NCBI GenBank assembly: GCA_963695345.1
Contig: OY968769.1
Span: 1,824,001-1,888,000 of the forward strand
Source of the DNA: an uncultured Methanomassiliicoccales archaeon
GTDB taxonomy: Archaea > Thermoplasmatota > Thermoplasmata > Methanomassiliicoccales > UBA472
Direction: 5' to 3'
DNA length: 64,000 nt
Both the position numbers and the translations under genes were made by a program. This document shows positions 19,817 through 29,891 of this stretch, piece by piece (position 1 is the stretch's first letter; each line of letters starts with the position of its first letter). The notes under the pieces are model-generated. The model did not search any database. It was given only the letters and a program-made list of their open reading frames with translations, and was not told the origin of the DNA.

Positions 19817-21787
19817 TCAGTTCTTCGGCGTCGTGCCTGCCTGTTCCTTCTTCGATGTCTCCAGGGTCTTCGCCACCGTCTGGGCGAGGAAAGTCGACAA
19901 CAGCGGCATGGCACCCGAATCACCGGTTGACCCAGATATCAAAATGTCCGGAGTTATCTTGACATTGTTGACGCCGACCTCGCCCATGATCTTGATCGCC
20001 GCCGTGGCCTCCTTCCCTATGACCTCGGCTTGCGCTCTGTACGCGTCCGCTATGCCCCTTCCGACCTCGCGCTGGGCGTAGGCATTACCGTCGGCGACGG
20101 TCTTGAGCATGTAGCTCTCACCGTCCGCGGTGATCTTGTTGAAATCCCTGTCACCGCCCGCCAACTTCCTCTTGGCCTCGGCCTTGTCCTCTTCGATCTT
20201 GATCGAGAGCATTGCCGCCACCACTTCTGGCTGTTTGTCAGCGTTGGCCGCCTTCGACTGCACCTCAATGCGTTTCTCCTGGGCCAAGGCCTCCTGCTGG
20301 TACTGAGCCTGCTGTTGCAACGCTATCTCCCTCTTGGTCTGGGTGTCGAGGAGTGCCTGGTCCACCTTGATGTAGGCTATCAGAAGGTTCTGGGCCTCGA
20401 CATGGTACACCTCGAACTCCCGTTGCGCCTTCTCCAGGGCCGAGCGTTGCAGCTCGGTCCTGCTCATGATGAAGCTGATGGCCTTCTCCTCTCCCGCCTT
20501 GTTACGGAATGAGGAATCGATCAGCGGATGGACGATCTGTTCGATGAGGTTCTTCACTGAACCGAACCGGGCGATGATGAACGCGGCGTTCTGTGGCCTG
20601 ATGCGGATGATCATCCTTACATCCACTTCAAGCTGGAAACCATCAACGGATGTCACCCTGAGCTGCGAGAACTTGAAGAACTCGGTGGCCTTCGAATCGT
20701 CATCGTCGTTGATGTTCTTGATGCCGGTGGGGGCGTTATGCTGGGCTCTCTGGTCCACTCCCGACGCCCAATCGATGGTGACCGCGCTGGTGGGTACCAG
20801 ATAGGGCGTGAATGCCAACGGGTTCAGGTTGTATTTGCCCGGGGCCATGGGCTCCTTCCAGATGCCCCTCATGTTCTTGTCCAAGATCAAGAGGGATTCG
20901 ACATCCTCGTGCAGTGGTTGGTTGATTTCGACCAACTGCTTGCTCGGCTGAGCCGGCGATACCGGACCGACCGCCCCGACGTTGGGGATCGGCGATCCTT
21001 CGCTCCGTTCCAGGATGAGTCCGACGTTGGACCGCAGGATCGCCACATATCCAGGAGGGACCTCTGACACATTGTATATCTCCACCCTGAAGAGCAGGGG
21101 ATTGATGTAGTACCGGCCAGGCTGGAGCGTGTCCAGTTGAGGCCCTCTGTATCCCGCGCTATTTAGGAAGGCTTGACCATCTTGGAAATATTGATTGTTC
21201 TTCGCATTCGGGTATCCGGGCATGGGGTTTTCCAGTGGCCTCGGGGCGATTATGAACCCAGAGGGCAAGGGCAGACCATCGTTTGCCACTACCACTCCGA
21301 TCTTTTCCGAGGGTACCTCTATCAACCGGGACTTGACGACCTTGAAGGCATAGGTGTTGATCCTATACGTACCAGGCCGGAGAATGCTGACCTGGGGCCC
21401 CTTCATCCCGCCATTATCCAGGAACATGCGGGCATCCTGGAAATGGTTGCATTCCACCTCATCGGACAACAGTCGCCCCTTAGGGATGGAGCGGCCATCA
21501 ATCGATTCGACTATGCCGACCTCGGTCGGCAGGATCTCCGTAACCGGATGCTTTTCGATCCTCCAAATTATCGGAATCCTCCAGTATAGCCCGGGCATCA
21601 GTATGTCTGCCCTGACTCCGATCTCGCCTGATCTGGCCACCACTTGGCCCTGCGGCATCATTTTTCCGAACATCTTCTTGGTGACAATTCCGACCTCGGA
21701 GTCGCCGATCAGCTTAAGACCGCTGATCAGGAACAATACCAGAGAACCGATTAACAATACCAACAATAACACTGATACCAGGTCCAT
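19817..21787 (-). CDS. SPFH/band 7/flotillin family membrane protein
   Basis: N-terminal TM, repeated PGxYxIN units, SPFH core, Ala/Glu-rich coiled coil. Confidence 0.85.
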   Translation of the reverse strand: MDLVSVLLLVLLIGSLVLFLISGLKLIGDSEVGIVTKKMFGKMMPQGQVVARSGEIGVRADILMPGLYWRIPIIWRIEKHPVTEILPTEVGIVESIDGRSIPKGRLLSDEVECNHFQDARMFLDNGGMKGPQVSILRPGTYRINTYAFKVVKSRLIEVPSEKIGVVVANDGLPLPSGFIIAPRPLENPMPGYPNAKNNQYFQDGQAFLNSAGYRGPQLDTLQPGRYYINPLLFRVEIYNVSEVPPGYVAILRSNVGLILERSEGSPIPNVGAVGPVSPAQPSKQLVEINQPLHEDVESLLILDKNMRGIWKEPMAPGKYNLNPLAFTPYLVPTSAVTIDWASGVDQRAQHNAPTGIKNINDDDDSKATEFFKFSQLRVTSVDGFQLEVDVRMIIRIRPQNAAFIIARFGSVKNLIEQIVHPLIDSSFRNKAGEEKAISFIMSRTELQRSALEKAQREFEVYHVEAQNLLIAYIKVDQALLDTQTKREIALQQQAQYQQEALAQEKRIEVQSKAANADKQPEVVAAMLSIKIEEDKAEAKRKLAGGDRDFNKITADGESYMLKTVADGNAYAQREVGRGIADAYRAQAEVIGKEATAAIKIMGEVGVNNVKITPDILISGSTGDSGAMPLLSTFLAQTVAKTLETSKKEQAGTTPKN

Positions 21788-22048
21788 CTTCCCCCTCCTT
21801 ATCTATACTACCATTTTAGGTAATGCGACGAAAACATCAGAATCCACATATTTGAAAAAATGCCCGGTCATATCTTCTAACATCCTGACATCCTTCGAGC
21901 GGTGTGGAAAAGGCTATGCGCCGGCTTCAGAGCCACCAACGAGCCATCATCCCCGGCATTGAGTAATCTGGAGATATTGGGCTCCCTCGAACCGGCCAGT
22001 CCTGGGGGGGCAAACATATTATTAGCCGCTTGTGTTTAGGGGATTTCT

Positions 22049-22405
22049 ATGGCCCAAAAGAAGAGAAAGGAGGAGGAAAAGAAAGAACCTCAATATGAGT
22101 TCGTTCCTCCCGACTTCGACGAGAAGGACTTTCTCGAGAAGGACATCAGGGCAACCAAGATAACTCTGTTGTCCTCCGCGTGGGGCCTGATATTCGGCAT
22201 AATAGCTGGATTGACAAATTCTATCTCTCCGTTCATAGGATTGCTGCTCCTGTTCGTCGGCATCTATCTGCTTAGGTTCATCCTCCCGCTGTTCAAGATC
22301 GATGTCAAGGAGATTGATAAGAAGGGATGGCTCGGCAACATCGCCATGTTCTTCTTCCTGTTCCTCGGGACATGGATCATGCTCCTCAATCCGCCCTTCG
22401 CGTGA
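22049..22405 (+). CDS. Small three-TM membrane protein (possibly EMC6-like)
   Basis: Charged N-terminus, three hydrophobic helices, ends WIMLLN. Confidence 0.7.
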   Translation: MAQKKRKEEEKKEPQYEFVPPDFDEKDFLEKDIRATKITLLSSAWGLIFGIIAGLTNSISPFIGLLLLFVGIYLLRFILPLFKIDVKEIDKKGWLGNIAMFFFLFLGTWIMLLNPPFA

Positions 22406-22427
22406 TAGGGGAACCGGGATTCTGGGG

Positions 22428-23753
22428 TCACTTTTCCCACGGAAACCTCTTATCCATCATTTTACTGAGGATTTCTTCGAATCCGGGCATGAGCAGTTCC
22501 CGGTGGTCGAAGACCTCTGTCTCTTCCATCTTTCTGAAAGCATTGCCCAATGCCGCGTCTTTGAATTTGTTCTGTAACAGTTTCGCCGCGTTGGGATTCT
22601 CTCGGTGGGCCAACACCGCCCATCTGCCGTCCTTGATGAAGGGGAGGCTTGCCCCCTCCTCTTGCCATCGTTCCAGGAATTTCACGGAATTCCCTACCCA
22701 GACCGGCGGGCCCATGTGGAGCGCGCATTCCGACAGTGTATCGGTCTCAAGCATGATGGCGAACGCTATCTTATCATCGACCAGATAAGCTTGGTCTATG
22801 ACATTGAACCCGTGTTGGGCCAGCAATCCGGCCAGTCCATCCATTGTCTTCTGGACCTGGGGATAAAGATTGTCATCGGTGAGGTCTGGACGAGGGGTCC
22901 TTATTCCAACGACCTTTGTCCCGAATCCATCTATCATGTTTACCAGATGATGCAAGGAGAAAGGCTCTCCCGGTTCTGGAAGGAAGAATCGCCGGTCCTG
23001 TTTTTTCGAATATTGCTGGCATGCGTAAACATAGGTGGCGAACGAGTTCGCCGACAAAGCGGAAGCCACGTTCCTGTTCGGGTCTACCGGGTCTATGAAT
23101 ACTAATGGGGAATTGAAGCTTTTTTTAGACTCTCCCGCCATAGAAAGGGCCATCCCCGAAGACCAGATCGCCCCCTCCTCGATAGTCGTTGAGAAGCTGC
23201 CGTATCTCAGTATGAGAAGCTCGGCAAGGTAGCCTGAGAAACCACAGACCTTAGCATCGGCCCCATAGACTCCAACTCCTTTCATGAACTGTTTCAATAG
23301 GCGGACATGGTCATGTTGCTCTGGTTGTAGGTGAGTGACTACATACTCGGTATGGAAAGGGGTCCTGTCCACCGCCGATTTGATATGCGAGGCGTCAGGC
23401 AGTTTATAACACGGAACAAGGTCCACCTGAAATCCTTTGAACAAACCATGGATGTACGGGTGTTCCGCATATCTTTCTTCCCCACCGATGACCTTGTGGC
23501 CGATTTCAAGGCCAACCTTTTCAAGCGTCGATCTAGGAGTATCTTTTGGGAATAGAATGAACACGTCGATGTCCGGATCGCCTACAAATGTGTCCTTGGC
23601 TACTGAACCGACGAGTCGAATATCGAGATCAAGAGGATATGTCGATGCAACCTCCCCCACTATGGTCATTAGATCTGAGGAGGCTTTGTTGACTCTTTCC
23701 CGGAGAAGACGGTCAGGAACGACGGCCTTCAGCATCTCTTTTTCTATTGACAT
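22428..23753 (-). CDS. cca: Archaeal class I CCA-adding enzyme
   Basis: GSVAKDT...DIDVF, YAEHPY, VDRTPFH, GFSGYLAE, DPVDPNRNVA. Confidence 0.96.
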   Translation of the reverse strand: MSIEKEMLKAVVPDRLLRERVNKASSDLMTIVGEVASTYPLDLDIRLVGSVAKDTFVGDPDIDVFILFPKDTPRSTLEKVGLEIGHKVIGGEERYAEHPYIHGLFKGFQVDLVPCYKLPDASHIKSAVDRTPFHTEYVVTHLQPEQHDHVRLLKQFMKGVGVYGADAKVCGFSGYLAELLILRYGSFSTTIEEGAIWSSGMALSMAGESKKSFNSPLVFIDPVDPNRNVASALSANSFATYVYACQQYSKKQDRRFFLPEPGEPFSLHHLVNMIDGFGTKVVGIRTPRPDLTDDNLYPQVQKTMDGLAGLLAQHGFNVIDQAYLVDDKIAFAIMLETDTLSECALHMGPPVWVGNSVKFLERWQEEGASLPFIKDGRWAVLAHRENPNAAKLLQNKFKDAALGNAFRKMEETEVFDHRELLMPGFEEILSKMMDKRFPWEK

Positions 23754-23825
23754 TCCCTCCTCTATCAATTGACATCGGCTTAATGTTTTATGTTAAAAAA
23801 CACTAGAGAACCATGCAATTCTATT

Positions 23826-23905
23826 ATGGTATCCGGGACCGATGTGGTGGGGATTCGAAAAACTTTTCTTAGGAGGAAAGTTGAGTCACCGGACCCGAAC
23901 ACCAT
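23826..23905 (-). ncRNA. Putative structured sRNA, copy 2
   Basis: 12-bp terminal stem ATGGTGTTCGGG/CCCGGATACCAT; inner hairpin AACTT/AAGTT with CTCCTAA loop; paralog of 2540-2624. Confidence 0.7.
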
Positions 23906-23926
23906 TTTTTAACTAGAATATCGCAG

Positions 23927-23934
23927 ATATAAAA
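23927..23934 (-). promoter_or_regulatory. TATA box for putative sRNA copy 2
   Basis: TTTTATAT about 21 nt upstream of the stem, matching copy 1 spacing. Confidence 0.6.
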
Positions 23935-24565
23935 GAATATTCTATCGAAGTATCGTAATGTCGGGAATATTTCGCTATTGATTAAGCCAACACGAAAAAC
24001 CAAGTCTGCCGTTCGCTCCTATCTCCATTTTTCCACCTTTCCCCATTGACGAGTAACATCGGTACCGTGAATCGTTCTTATGAAAGACCGCACATGGGGC
24101 AAAAATGAATCCAGTGTCTAGCCAGATGGTGCTTAGAAAAGACCGGTTTTGTTTTTTATTCGTTCTGTAGCATTACTTAATTCCCATTATCAATTTTGAT
24201 ACCAGCATATTATTGAATTGTGAGTTAGCGGTCATTTATAGTGTGTTAAGAGATTCTCTTTCAATAAGCATTCAAGAATGCCTGATCTTGTCGAGTTCAA
24301 TTCAACGACATCCTGGCTAGTGGGAAAAAAACCAACAATTGTCTCCATGATAAATTGCATTGCTAACTATTTATATATTTATAATTATAAACACTATATG
24401 TAATTATATTATCAGAATACATCCTATATGAAAATCAAATTGTTACCTTTGACTTTCAACGAATACTATCCAGTGTCGGTGGATGGATTATCCATCTAGC
24501 CCACTAATAAGTTATAATGTGAATCAATATATTAATAATATTTATATATATATAATGCCTAAACA

Positions 24566-24658
24566 AAAGGTTAATATACCCTGAAAAGCAACTACATTAT
24601 TGCGACTCCGGAGAAATCCGGGATTGCAGTTTGGAGGAGTTATTAGGGGTGTCGAAAA
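24566..24658 (+). promoter_or_regulatory. mtaC promoter and structured 5' leader
   Basis: AAAGG-TTAATATA; hairpin 24599-24630 with GAAA tetraloop; GGAGG and GGGGTG tracts. Confidence 0.55.
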
Positions 24659-25444
24659 ATGATTGACATATCTAGTGTAAACTACGACATGGTCTTTAAG
24701 CGCTACGACATACTCGTAGAGGCTAAAGAGAAGCCAGAAGACATCGCGGCTAAGATCTTGCCGAAGGACGCGTTGCTGAAGAAAGTCGCTGAAGACGTTG
24801 TTTTCATGAAGTACAAGGACGTCGAAGCGGATGTAAAAGCAGCCTTGGCCAAGTTTAGCCCCGAAGAGCTAGTCGAGAAGGGACTCCTGAAGGGAATGGA
24901 TGTCGTCAGCGAGCTGTACGGAAGGGGTATCTACTACCTGCCGCACGTCATGGTCGCCGCCGACGCATTCGACAGGGGAATCAAGCTCGCCGAGAAGAGC
25001 ATGAAGGGAGACCGCGTCATGAAGGGCAACGTTGTCATGATGGTCGCCGAGGGTGACCCGCACGACATCGGCAAGAACATTGCAGCCGTCATGCTAAGAT
25101 CCCACGGATACGGAGTCGTCGACATGGGCAGAGATGTTCCAGTTGATGATGTTGTGAAGCAGGTCGAAGAGAGCAAGCCGGACCTCGTAACCGGAACCGC
25201 ACTCATGACCACCACCATGTCCGCATTCCCGAAGGTTGCCGAGAGGCTCATCGAGAAGGGAATAGAGATCCCGTTCATCTGCGCCGGCGGTGCAGTGAAC
25301 AGGTCATTCGTAGAGTCCTACCCGCTCGGTATCTACGCCGTTGCAGCAGCACAAGGCCCTGGACTTGCCGACAAGGCAATCGAAGGCTGGGACTGGAAGA
25401 AGATTCGCTCCAAGTGGGACGACATCACAAGCGGGAAGGCGTAA
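24659..25444 (+). CDS. mtaC: Methanol corrinoid protein
   Basis: EGDPHDIGKN B12 motif, GTALMTTTM, GGAV; directly upstream of mtaB. Confidence 0.94.
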   Translation: MIDISSVNYDMVFKRYDILVEAKEKPEDIAAKILPKDALLKKVAEDVVFMKYKDVEADVKAALAKFSPEELVEKGLLKGMDVVSELYGRGIYYLPHVMVAADAFDRGIKLAEKSMKGDRVMKGNVVMMVAEGDPHDIGKNIAAVMLRSHGYGVVDMGRDVPVDDVVKQVEESKPDLVTGTALMTTTMSAFPKVAERLIEKGIEIPFICAGGAVNRSFVESYPLGIYAVAAAQGPGLADKAIEGWDWKKIRSKWDDITSGKA

Positions 25445-25461
25445 ATTGGGGGTGACAAAAC

Positions 25462-26868
25462 ATGGCAGTAAAGAGATTCACAAAGATGGAAACGAAGAGC
25501 GCGGACGACCTCGTCTTCGGTGACGCGAAATACCCGGTATCATACGGTCTCGGAATGAAGGCCGGTGCGGGATTCGTCGTACCAGAGATCAACTTCGCCC
25601 CAAGGCCCGGCGCTGAGAAGAACCCGGACACCCTGAGGCGCGAGTACGTCGACTACATCACCAAGGACATAATGGACAGGGCAGTAACCCTCGGTTTCCC
25701 AGCAGTTCAGCTGGAGAACGAGTGGATCTACCAACTCGGCAACGAGCCAGAAAAGTTCGCCAAGCCAGTTGTCGCAGGCCAGAAGGAGTGCATGAAGAAG
25801 TACCACGATGAGTACGGCATTGCAACCGCCATCAGGCACACCCTGCCTGACATGAGAGAGGCCGAGAAGGGCCTGAGGGAAGGCATGGACAAGAAATCCT
25901 CCTACCCGGAGAAGGTCATCGAGTCCATCGAAGTCGCAGCCAAGAACGGCGCCGATGTGCTCTCGATCGAATCCATGGGTGGCAAGGAAATGTCCGACTA
26001 CGGTATCCTGCACCAGGATATCCGCGCATGGCTCTTCGGTATCGGCTACCTGGGCTCCATCGACATGGAGTACATGTGGACCAAGATCGTGGACATCGCC
26101 AAGAAGAACAAGGTCATCGCCGGCGGAGACACAAACTGCGCAGGCGCCAACACCTCGATGTTCATGGCCGGTGGCTACCTGGACAAGGATATCCCGAGGA
26201 CCTTCGCGGCTACAACCCGCTGCATCGCTTCCGCCAGAACCCTGGTGGCAATCGAGTGCGGTGCAACTGGCCCGGACAAGGACTGCGGCTATGAAGGCCC
26301 GATCCTGAAGGCAATCTCTGGACGCCCATCCGCCCAAGAGGGAAAGGGAGCCCAGGACGCACATGCTGACCTGATGGGTAACCTGATCGCCTCGACCTGC
26401 GACCTGTGGTCCAACGAGTCGGTTGAATACCACCCAGAGTTCGGTGGCTCATCCGTACAGTGCTGGCTCGGAGTCATAGGATACGAAGCCGCCTTGATGA
26501 ACACCGCCAAGCAGCTGAAGCAGGACAAGGTCCTCAGGGACTTGTACGCAGCCTGTGACTCATACAGGAGCCCGGAAGGCTTCTGCCTGAGGTACGACAA
26601 CGCCTACAAGATCGGTGAGGCAATTGTCGCAGAAGGCGACAGCACCTACCTGCGGTCAAGGGCAGCCGGTATCAAGGCAGCCGAGTTGATCGCGGAGTCC
26701 GCCAAGACCAAGAACGGCCTGAAGCTCTCCAAGCACGAGAGCGACATGCTGAACAAGGTCATGACCGACCTGAAGGCCCTGCCGGACGAGGAAGCCAAGT
26801 TCGTCGACCAGTGCCTCAAGGCCTACAAGGACGTCCAGGCGTTCAACCCGAAGAACTACGAGTTGTAA
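25462..26868 (+). CDS. mtaB: Methanol--corrinoid protein methyltransferase
   Basis: PEINFAPR, SIESMGGKE, GDTNC, GPDKDCGYE, CDLWSNES. Confidence 0.96.
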   Translation: MAVKRFTKMETKSADDLVFGDAKYPVSYGLGMKAGAGFVVPEINFAPRPGAEKNPDTLRREYVDYITKDIMDRAVTLGFPAVQLENEWIYQLGNEPEKFAKPVVAGQKECMKKYHDEYGIATAIRHTLPDMREAEKGLREGMDKKSSYPEKVIESIEVAAKNGADVLSIESMGGKEMSDYGILHQDIRAWLFGIGYLGSIDMEYMWTKIVDIAKKNKVIAGGDTNCAGANTSMFMAGGYLDKDIPRTFAATTRCIASARTLVAIECGATGPDKDCGYEGPILKAISGRPSAQEGKGAQDAHADLMGNLIASTCDLWSNESVEYHPEFGGSSVQCWLGVIGYEAALMNTAKQLKQDKVLRDLYAACDSYRSPEGFCLRYDNAYKIGEAIVAEGDSTYLRSRAAGIKAAELIAESAKTKNGLKLSKHESDMLNKVMTDLKALPDEEAKFVDQCLKAYKDVQAFNPKNYEL

Positions 26869-26887
26869 GCGTGGAGTGATATCCCTT

Positions 26888-26930
26888 CCAAACCTTTTCA
26901 AATCCTTTTCTTTTTTTTAGATTTTTTATG
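26888..26930 (+). terminator. Oligo-T terminator after mtaB
   Basis: Successive T tracts right after the stop. Confidence 0.6.
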
Positions 26931-27045
26931 TCCCTATCCACTGTGGATGTTGTCGTACGACATGAAGATTGACCACATACAGAATCAATAGAAGTATTGT
27001 GAGAAAAATGGGTCTTAAAGGGTTTGTTACACGCAGCTGGGAGGA

Positions 27046-28686
27046 TTACTTCTTTGCCACTCTCGTGCTCCTCAAGCCCTTGAACTTGAATACCTTCTCA
27101 GGACAGCCGCGCTCACAACGCAGGCAAGCGGTACCATTGCACAGGTCTGATGAGACCGTGATCTCTGGCTCTCCGCTTGCACCCTTCTCGACCGTCAACG
27201 CCCTTTCCGGGCAGTTCTCCACGCACTTCATACATGAAATGCATCCATCGAATGTGCCCTTCAGTTTCGTCCCGATATCTGTGAGTATCTTCAAGCCCTT
27301 GTCACCCAGGACAGGTATGTCCCGCTGCACGATCTTGAACACCTTTGCCTCACGGAAAGTCTCCGGGAGGGGCTGAATGCCCATGCTCTGGATGAAGAAA
27401 TTGTAGGAAGAGAGCGGCATTCCCTCTTGCCAAAGGGCGAGCTCTTGGATATAGAGCGTCTCGAACACCTTGTCGGTTGCGAACATGATGTGGTTGGACC
27501 GGATGCTGTGTGCCATTTCCTGCAGCGTTTCCATCAGGTTCGGGTCCTTGACGATATCCGTGGCCATGGCTAGGGATGTGTTGCCAACCTGGTAGATGTT
27601 CTTCGGGGTCGGCGGCAACAGTCCTACTCTCTGAGCCTTGAGCGCGTCCACATACGTCCCGGACGCACCACTCATGTACATGCTGTCCAGGTCGTCGAAG
27701 GTGATGCCTGCTTTCTCCAGCAGGGTGAAGTGTCCGGCCCTCATGGCACCGAAAGCCTTCGCCGCTTCCTGGAAGTCATGGTCATCGATGAATACGCCGT
27801 CCTGAAGGTGCAGCTTTCCGTCATCTGTCAGGATGTGCGGTGCCTTGATCAAGCCAGTATCCAGACCGGTGGCGATGGCAGCAATGACACCGGTGCCGGT
27901 GACTCCTCGGGACCGTCCGTGCATGTTGCCTTCCTCCACAACATCTCCGGAGGTCGGGTCCACCTTGTCCCCATCGACAGGCATTAGTGTGTCGTCCAGG
28001 ACTTTACAGCGCCAGTGACCTTCGTAGTCGATATCGGATATCGCACCAGGTGAAGCAAGCATACCGAAATGGATTGCCTGCCCTTCCATCGCCGGACCGG
28101 CGGCAGCGGATCCGGTATAGATCTCATCGCCCACTTTCAGCGCCATTTCGGCGTTAGTTCCATAGTCAGTGACAAGGCACGGCTCTTTTCGGTCTAGCAG
28201 GCCGGTCTTGAACATCATGGCGAGCGCGTCAGCACCAATCTCATGAGCTATCGACGGGGGAACATAGACCTGCGCGTCAGGTCCTCCCAGTTCGATACCG
28301 ATAGCTTCCGAGGACATGATGCGTGCGTCACGTTTCTGAGGTGTAACGCCCTTTGACTTCAGCGATCTCTCTCCCACGAAGGCCAAGTCCCTGAGCTCCA
28401 TGTTCTGGAATATGGAAAGCTGGATGGGGTTGCCGCACACAGCCATCCTTTCAACCTTCTTCAGGTCGATCTCCAGCAACCTGATGAGACGGTTGATGGT
28501 CTCTATCATCAATTCATTGGCCAGGTTCTGATCTACTTCTATGCAGTAGGTCAGGTGGTCCATGACGTTCGCTCCTGGTACCGGATGCCTGACGGTCATG
28601 GCCGTCGAGATGATCTCTTTCGTGTCCAGGTCCAGCGCATGCACTCTTGTTCCGCTTGTGCCAACATCTATTGATATTCCAAACAT
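27046..28686 (-). CDS. ramA: Corrinoid protein reductive activase (RamA-type, ASKHA + 2x[4Fe-4S])
   Basis: DVGTSG, RHPVPGANVMDH, DYGTNAE, SAAAGPA, C-terminal CxxCxxCxxxCP pair. Confidence 0.88.
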   Translation of the reverse strand: MFGISIDVGTSGTRVHALDLDTKEIISTAMTVRHPVPGANVMDHLTYCIEVDQNLANELMIETINRLIRLLEIDLKKVERMAVCGNPIQLSIFQNMELRDLAFVGERSLKSKGVTPQKRDARIMSSEAIGIELGGPDAQVYVPPSIAHEIGADALAMMFKTGLLDRKEPCLVTDYGTNAEMALKVGDEIYTGSAAAGPAMEGQAIHFGMLASPGAISDIDYEGHWRCKVLDDTLMPVDGDKVDPTSGDVVEEGNMHGRSRGVTGTGVIAAIATGLDTGLIKAPHILTDDGKLHLQDGVFIDDHDFQEAAKAFGAMRAGHFTLLEKAGITFDDLDSMYMSGASGTYVDALKAQRVGLLPPTPKNIYQVGNTSLAMATDIVKDPNLMETLQEMAHSIRSNHIMFATDKVFETLYIQELALWQEGMPLSSYNFFIQSMGIQPLPETFREAKVFKIVQRDIPVLGDKGLKILTDIGTKLKGTFDGCISCMKCVENCPERALTVEKGASGEPEITVSSDLCNGTACLRCERGCPEKVFKFKGLRSTRVAKK

Positions 28687-28690
28687 GGTT

Positions 28691-29119
28691 TCACTCCCCG
28701 TCCTCATGGCAATGATCGTGGTCTTCGTGCTCTGCCACATCAATGTCCAAGACCTTCCTCAGGTCCTCGATCCGTTTCTCGATGATCTCCTCCACATGGT
28801 GATCATCCACGCCCACGACGGCGGCCATGACCTTGATGGTCCCGCCCGTGATGCGATCCGATTTGATCTCATCGCCGATATCGATTCCAAGTTCACTGTC
28901 CACGATATTGAACCTAACGAATCCGTCATCCACGCGGGCAAAAGCCTTGACATGGCCGATCAATCCGCCCTTTCTCGATTCGACGTCCTTGGCGACTGAC
29001 ATCAGAAAATGACCCAACTCTTCCACGAACCTGTCCTTTTTCATATTGTCGGTCGTGAAGGTTATCTCGACCCCGAACGTGCCCGCCTCCGCCAAAGCCT
29101 TGGAGTCATCATCGTTCAC
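28691..29119 (-). CDS. CobW-associated protein with His/acidic tail
   Basis: IGHVKAF motif; tail EHEDHDHCHEDGE; overlaps the GTPase stop. Confidence 0.75.
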   Translation of the reverse strand: MNDDDSKALAEAGTFGVEITFTTDNMKKDRFVEELGHFLMSVAKDVESRKGGLIGHVKAFARVDDGFVRFNIVDSELGIDIGDEIKSDRITGGTIKVMAAVVGVDDHHVEEIIEKRIEDLRKVLDIDVAEHEDHDHCHEDGE

Positions 29120-29718
29120 AGCGTTGCCTCCTCGGCGATTGTGTCTGCGATTTCGTCCAGGCCCCTTTCCTCCTTGGCCGAGATATCCATGATCCGTCCT
29201 TTCGCATTGAGGGAGGACACCAGATCCTTTACCTCGCGGAGGGTGGTCTCGTTGACCAGCTCAATCTTGTTGATGACGATCATGTCCTCGCCCTCGATCT
29301 GTCTGCGGAAGAAGAGCTCGCATTCCCGGTGTATCTTCTGGGCCCTAAATGCGTCGACTATGACCATGCCATAGCTCTTTTCGGCATGGATCATGGACCT
29401 ACGCACGATATCGTTGATCTTGTTGGGCAGGGCCACACCGGTGGGCTCGATGAAGATCACGTCTGGTTTGTATTCCCTGGCGATGGTCTGCAGTGTATTC
29501 ATCAGGCTGCCAGATAAGGAGCAGCATATGCATCCTTCGGTCAGCTCGACGCTTTTAAGCCCGTAGGCGTCTATGACCGCCCCGTCCACGCCGACCTCTC
29601 CGAGCTCGTTGACCACGACCGCTACTCGTTTCTTTTTTTCTCCCAACCTTTTAGCGAGCTTAATCAGCAGAGTGGTCTTCCCGCTGCCCAGGAAGCCAGA
29701 TATCAGACAGACCATCAT
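29116..29718 (-). CDS. COG0523/CobW-family G3E GTPase (short form)
   Basis: GFLGSGKTT, NELGE, GCICC, EPTG, NKIE. Confidence 0.92.
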   Translation of the reverse strand: MMVCLISGFLGSGKTTLLIKLAKRLGEKKKRVAVVVNELGEVGVDGAVIDAYGLKSVELTEGCICCSLSGSLMNTLQTIAREYKPDVIFIEPTGVALPNKINDIVRRSMIHAEKSYGMVIVDAFRAQKIHRECELFFRRQIEGEDMIVINKIELVNETTLREVKDLVSSLNAKGRIMDISAKEERGLDEIADTIAEEATL

Positions 29719-29891
29719 TGGCCGAACAAATCGTCAGGAGCGCATTTATAACTTTTCTACCCAGCCATGGAAAAGGCAGGCAAGTTATGACAAACGCCCA
29801 TTGCCAAATTGGCGTTAGGGCATTATTGCGGAAAAACTGACCTACGTCTGGAAACCCTTATTATCGGTGTTACGCATTCACCTGGACAACA

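Noticed and set aside
25540-26433. Long antisense ORFs (also 15054-15806 and 51103-51819)
   Set aside because: Shadows of codon-biased genes on the opposite strand with no protein motifs
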